Below, in pieces: positions 63,583-64,000 of a DNA stretch of 64,000 nt. The stretch is from positions 68,014,001 to 68,078,000 of the forward strand of contig OZ260663.1 of assembly GCA_965285935.1 (NCBI GenBank), given 5' to 3'. The notes beneath the pieces are model-generated. The model was not told where the DNA came from, searched no databases, and saw nothing but the letters and a program-made list of their open reading frames with translations. A program made the translations under genes and the position numbers. How positions within the stretch are numbered: position 1 is the stretch's first letter; every line of letters begins with the position of its first letter. This DNA comes from Ophelia neglecta. Its lineage: Eukaryota.

Positions 63583-64000
63583 GTAAGGAATTTCACCACT
63601 AGACATCCACTTTATTTCAAATTGAACAATAAAAGCAACTTATACTATGTTTAAATATTATAATTGCATTACGTGATCAAGCTACCTTGTAAGAAGGTCT
63701 GTTTATCCTTAATCAATATGCCTTTGGTATCAACATATGGTGTAGCTACATGTACATAATCGCAGCTATATTGTGCAGAAGAGAGTTACTATTGCATAGG
63801 GTCACATAAAGCGGCGCTTTCCTATACATTTCTATGCAATTTAAGCCAGATTGGTAAAATTAGAAAGAAGCCTGTTGATGCAGCGAGTTTAGTACCAGAC
63901 GATGTATATATGTTGATTTGTATGTTGATATGTAATTCATTGCTAGGGGTTTTTAAAATATTTACTCAAATCATTGGAGCTGTTTTGCTTACTTTTTATT

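Overview
AT-rich, intron-containing eukaryotic (animal, probably invertebrate) genomic DNA; the ORF track mostly shows exon fragments. The window is dominated by three tandem, co-oriented (+ strand) paralogues of a single-pass type I membrane protein, reconstructed by hand from splice sites and reading-frame phases. Their architecture is signal peptide - divergent SUEL/rhamnose-binding-lectin (Gal_lectin) domain - CUB-like domain - short 4-Cys Sushi/CCP-like domain - juxtamembrane WxLxxI...FP(F/Y)G segment - near-invariant glycine-zipper TM helix - about 90 aa tail ending HxYE(S/T)PxF(V/S)*. Paralogue 1 is at 2.8-6.8 kb (first exon not found, probably upstream of the window), paralogue 2 at 12.9-33.8 kb (15.5 kb first intron) and paralogue 3 at 43.4-56.3 kb. 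A fourth, unrelated multi-exon gene for an all-alpha-looking protein starts at 61.5 kb and has no stop codon within the exons found. Repeats include a decayed CR1/L2-type LINE RT fragment, a Helitron-like 3' end, MITEs, microsatellites and a 2.5 kb 39-bp minisatellite in intron 1 of paralogue 2, most of whose core units carry a sense-strand CAG|GTAAG motif. All domain calls are by eye from Cys spacing and motifs; no database search was run.
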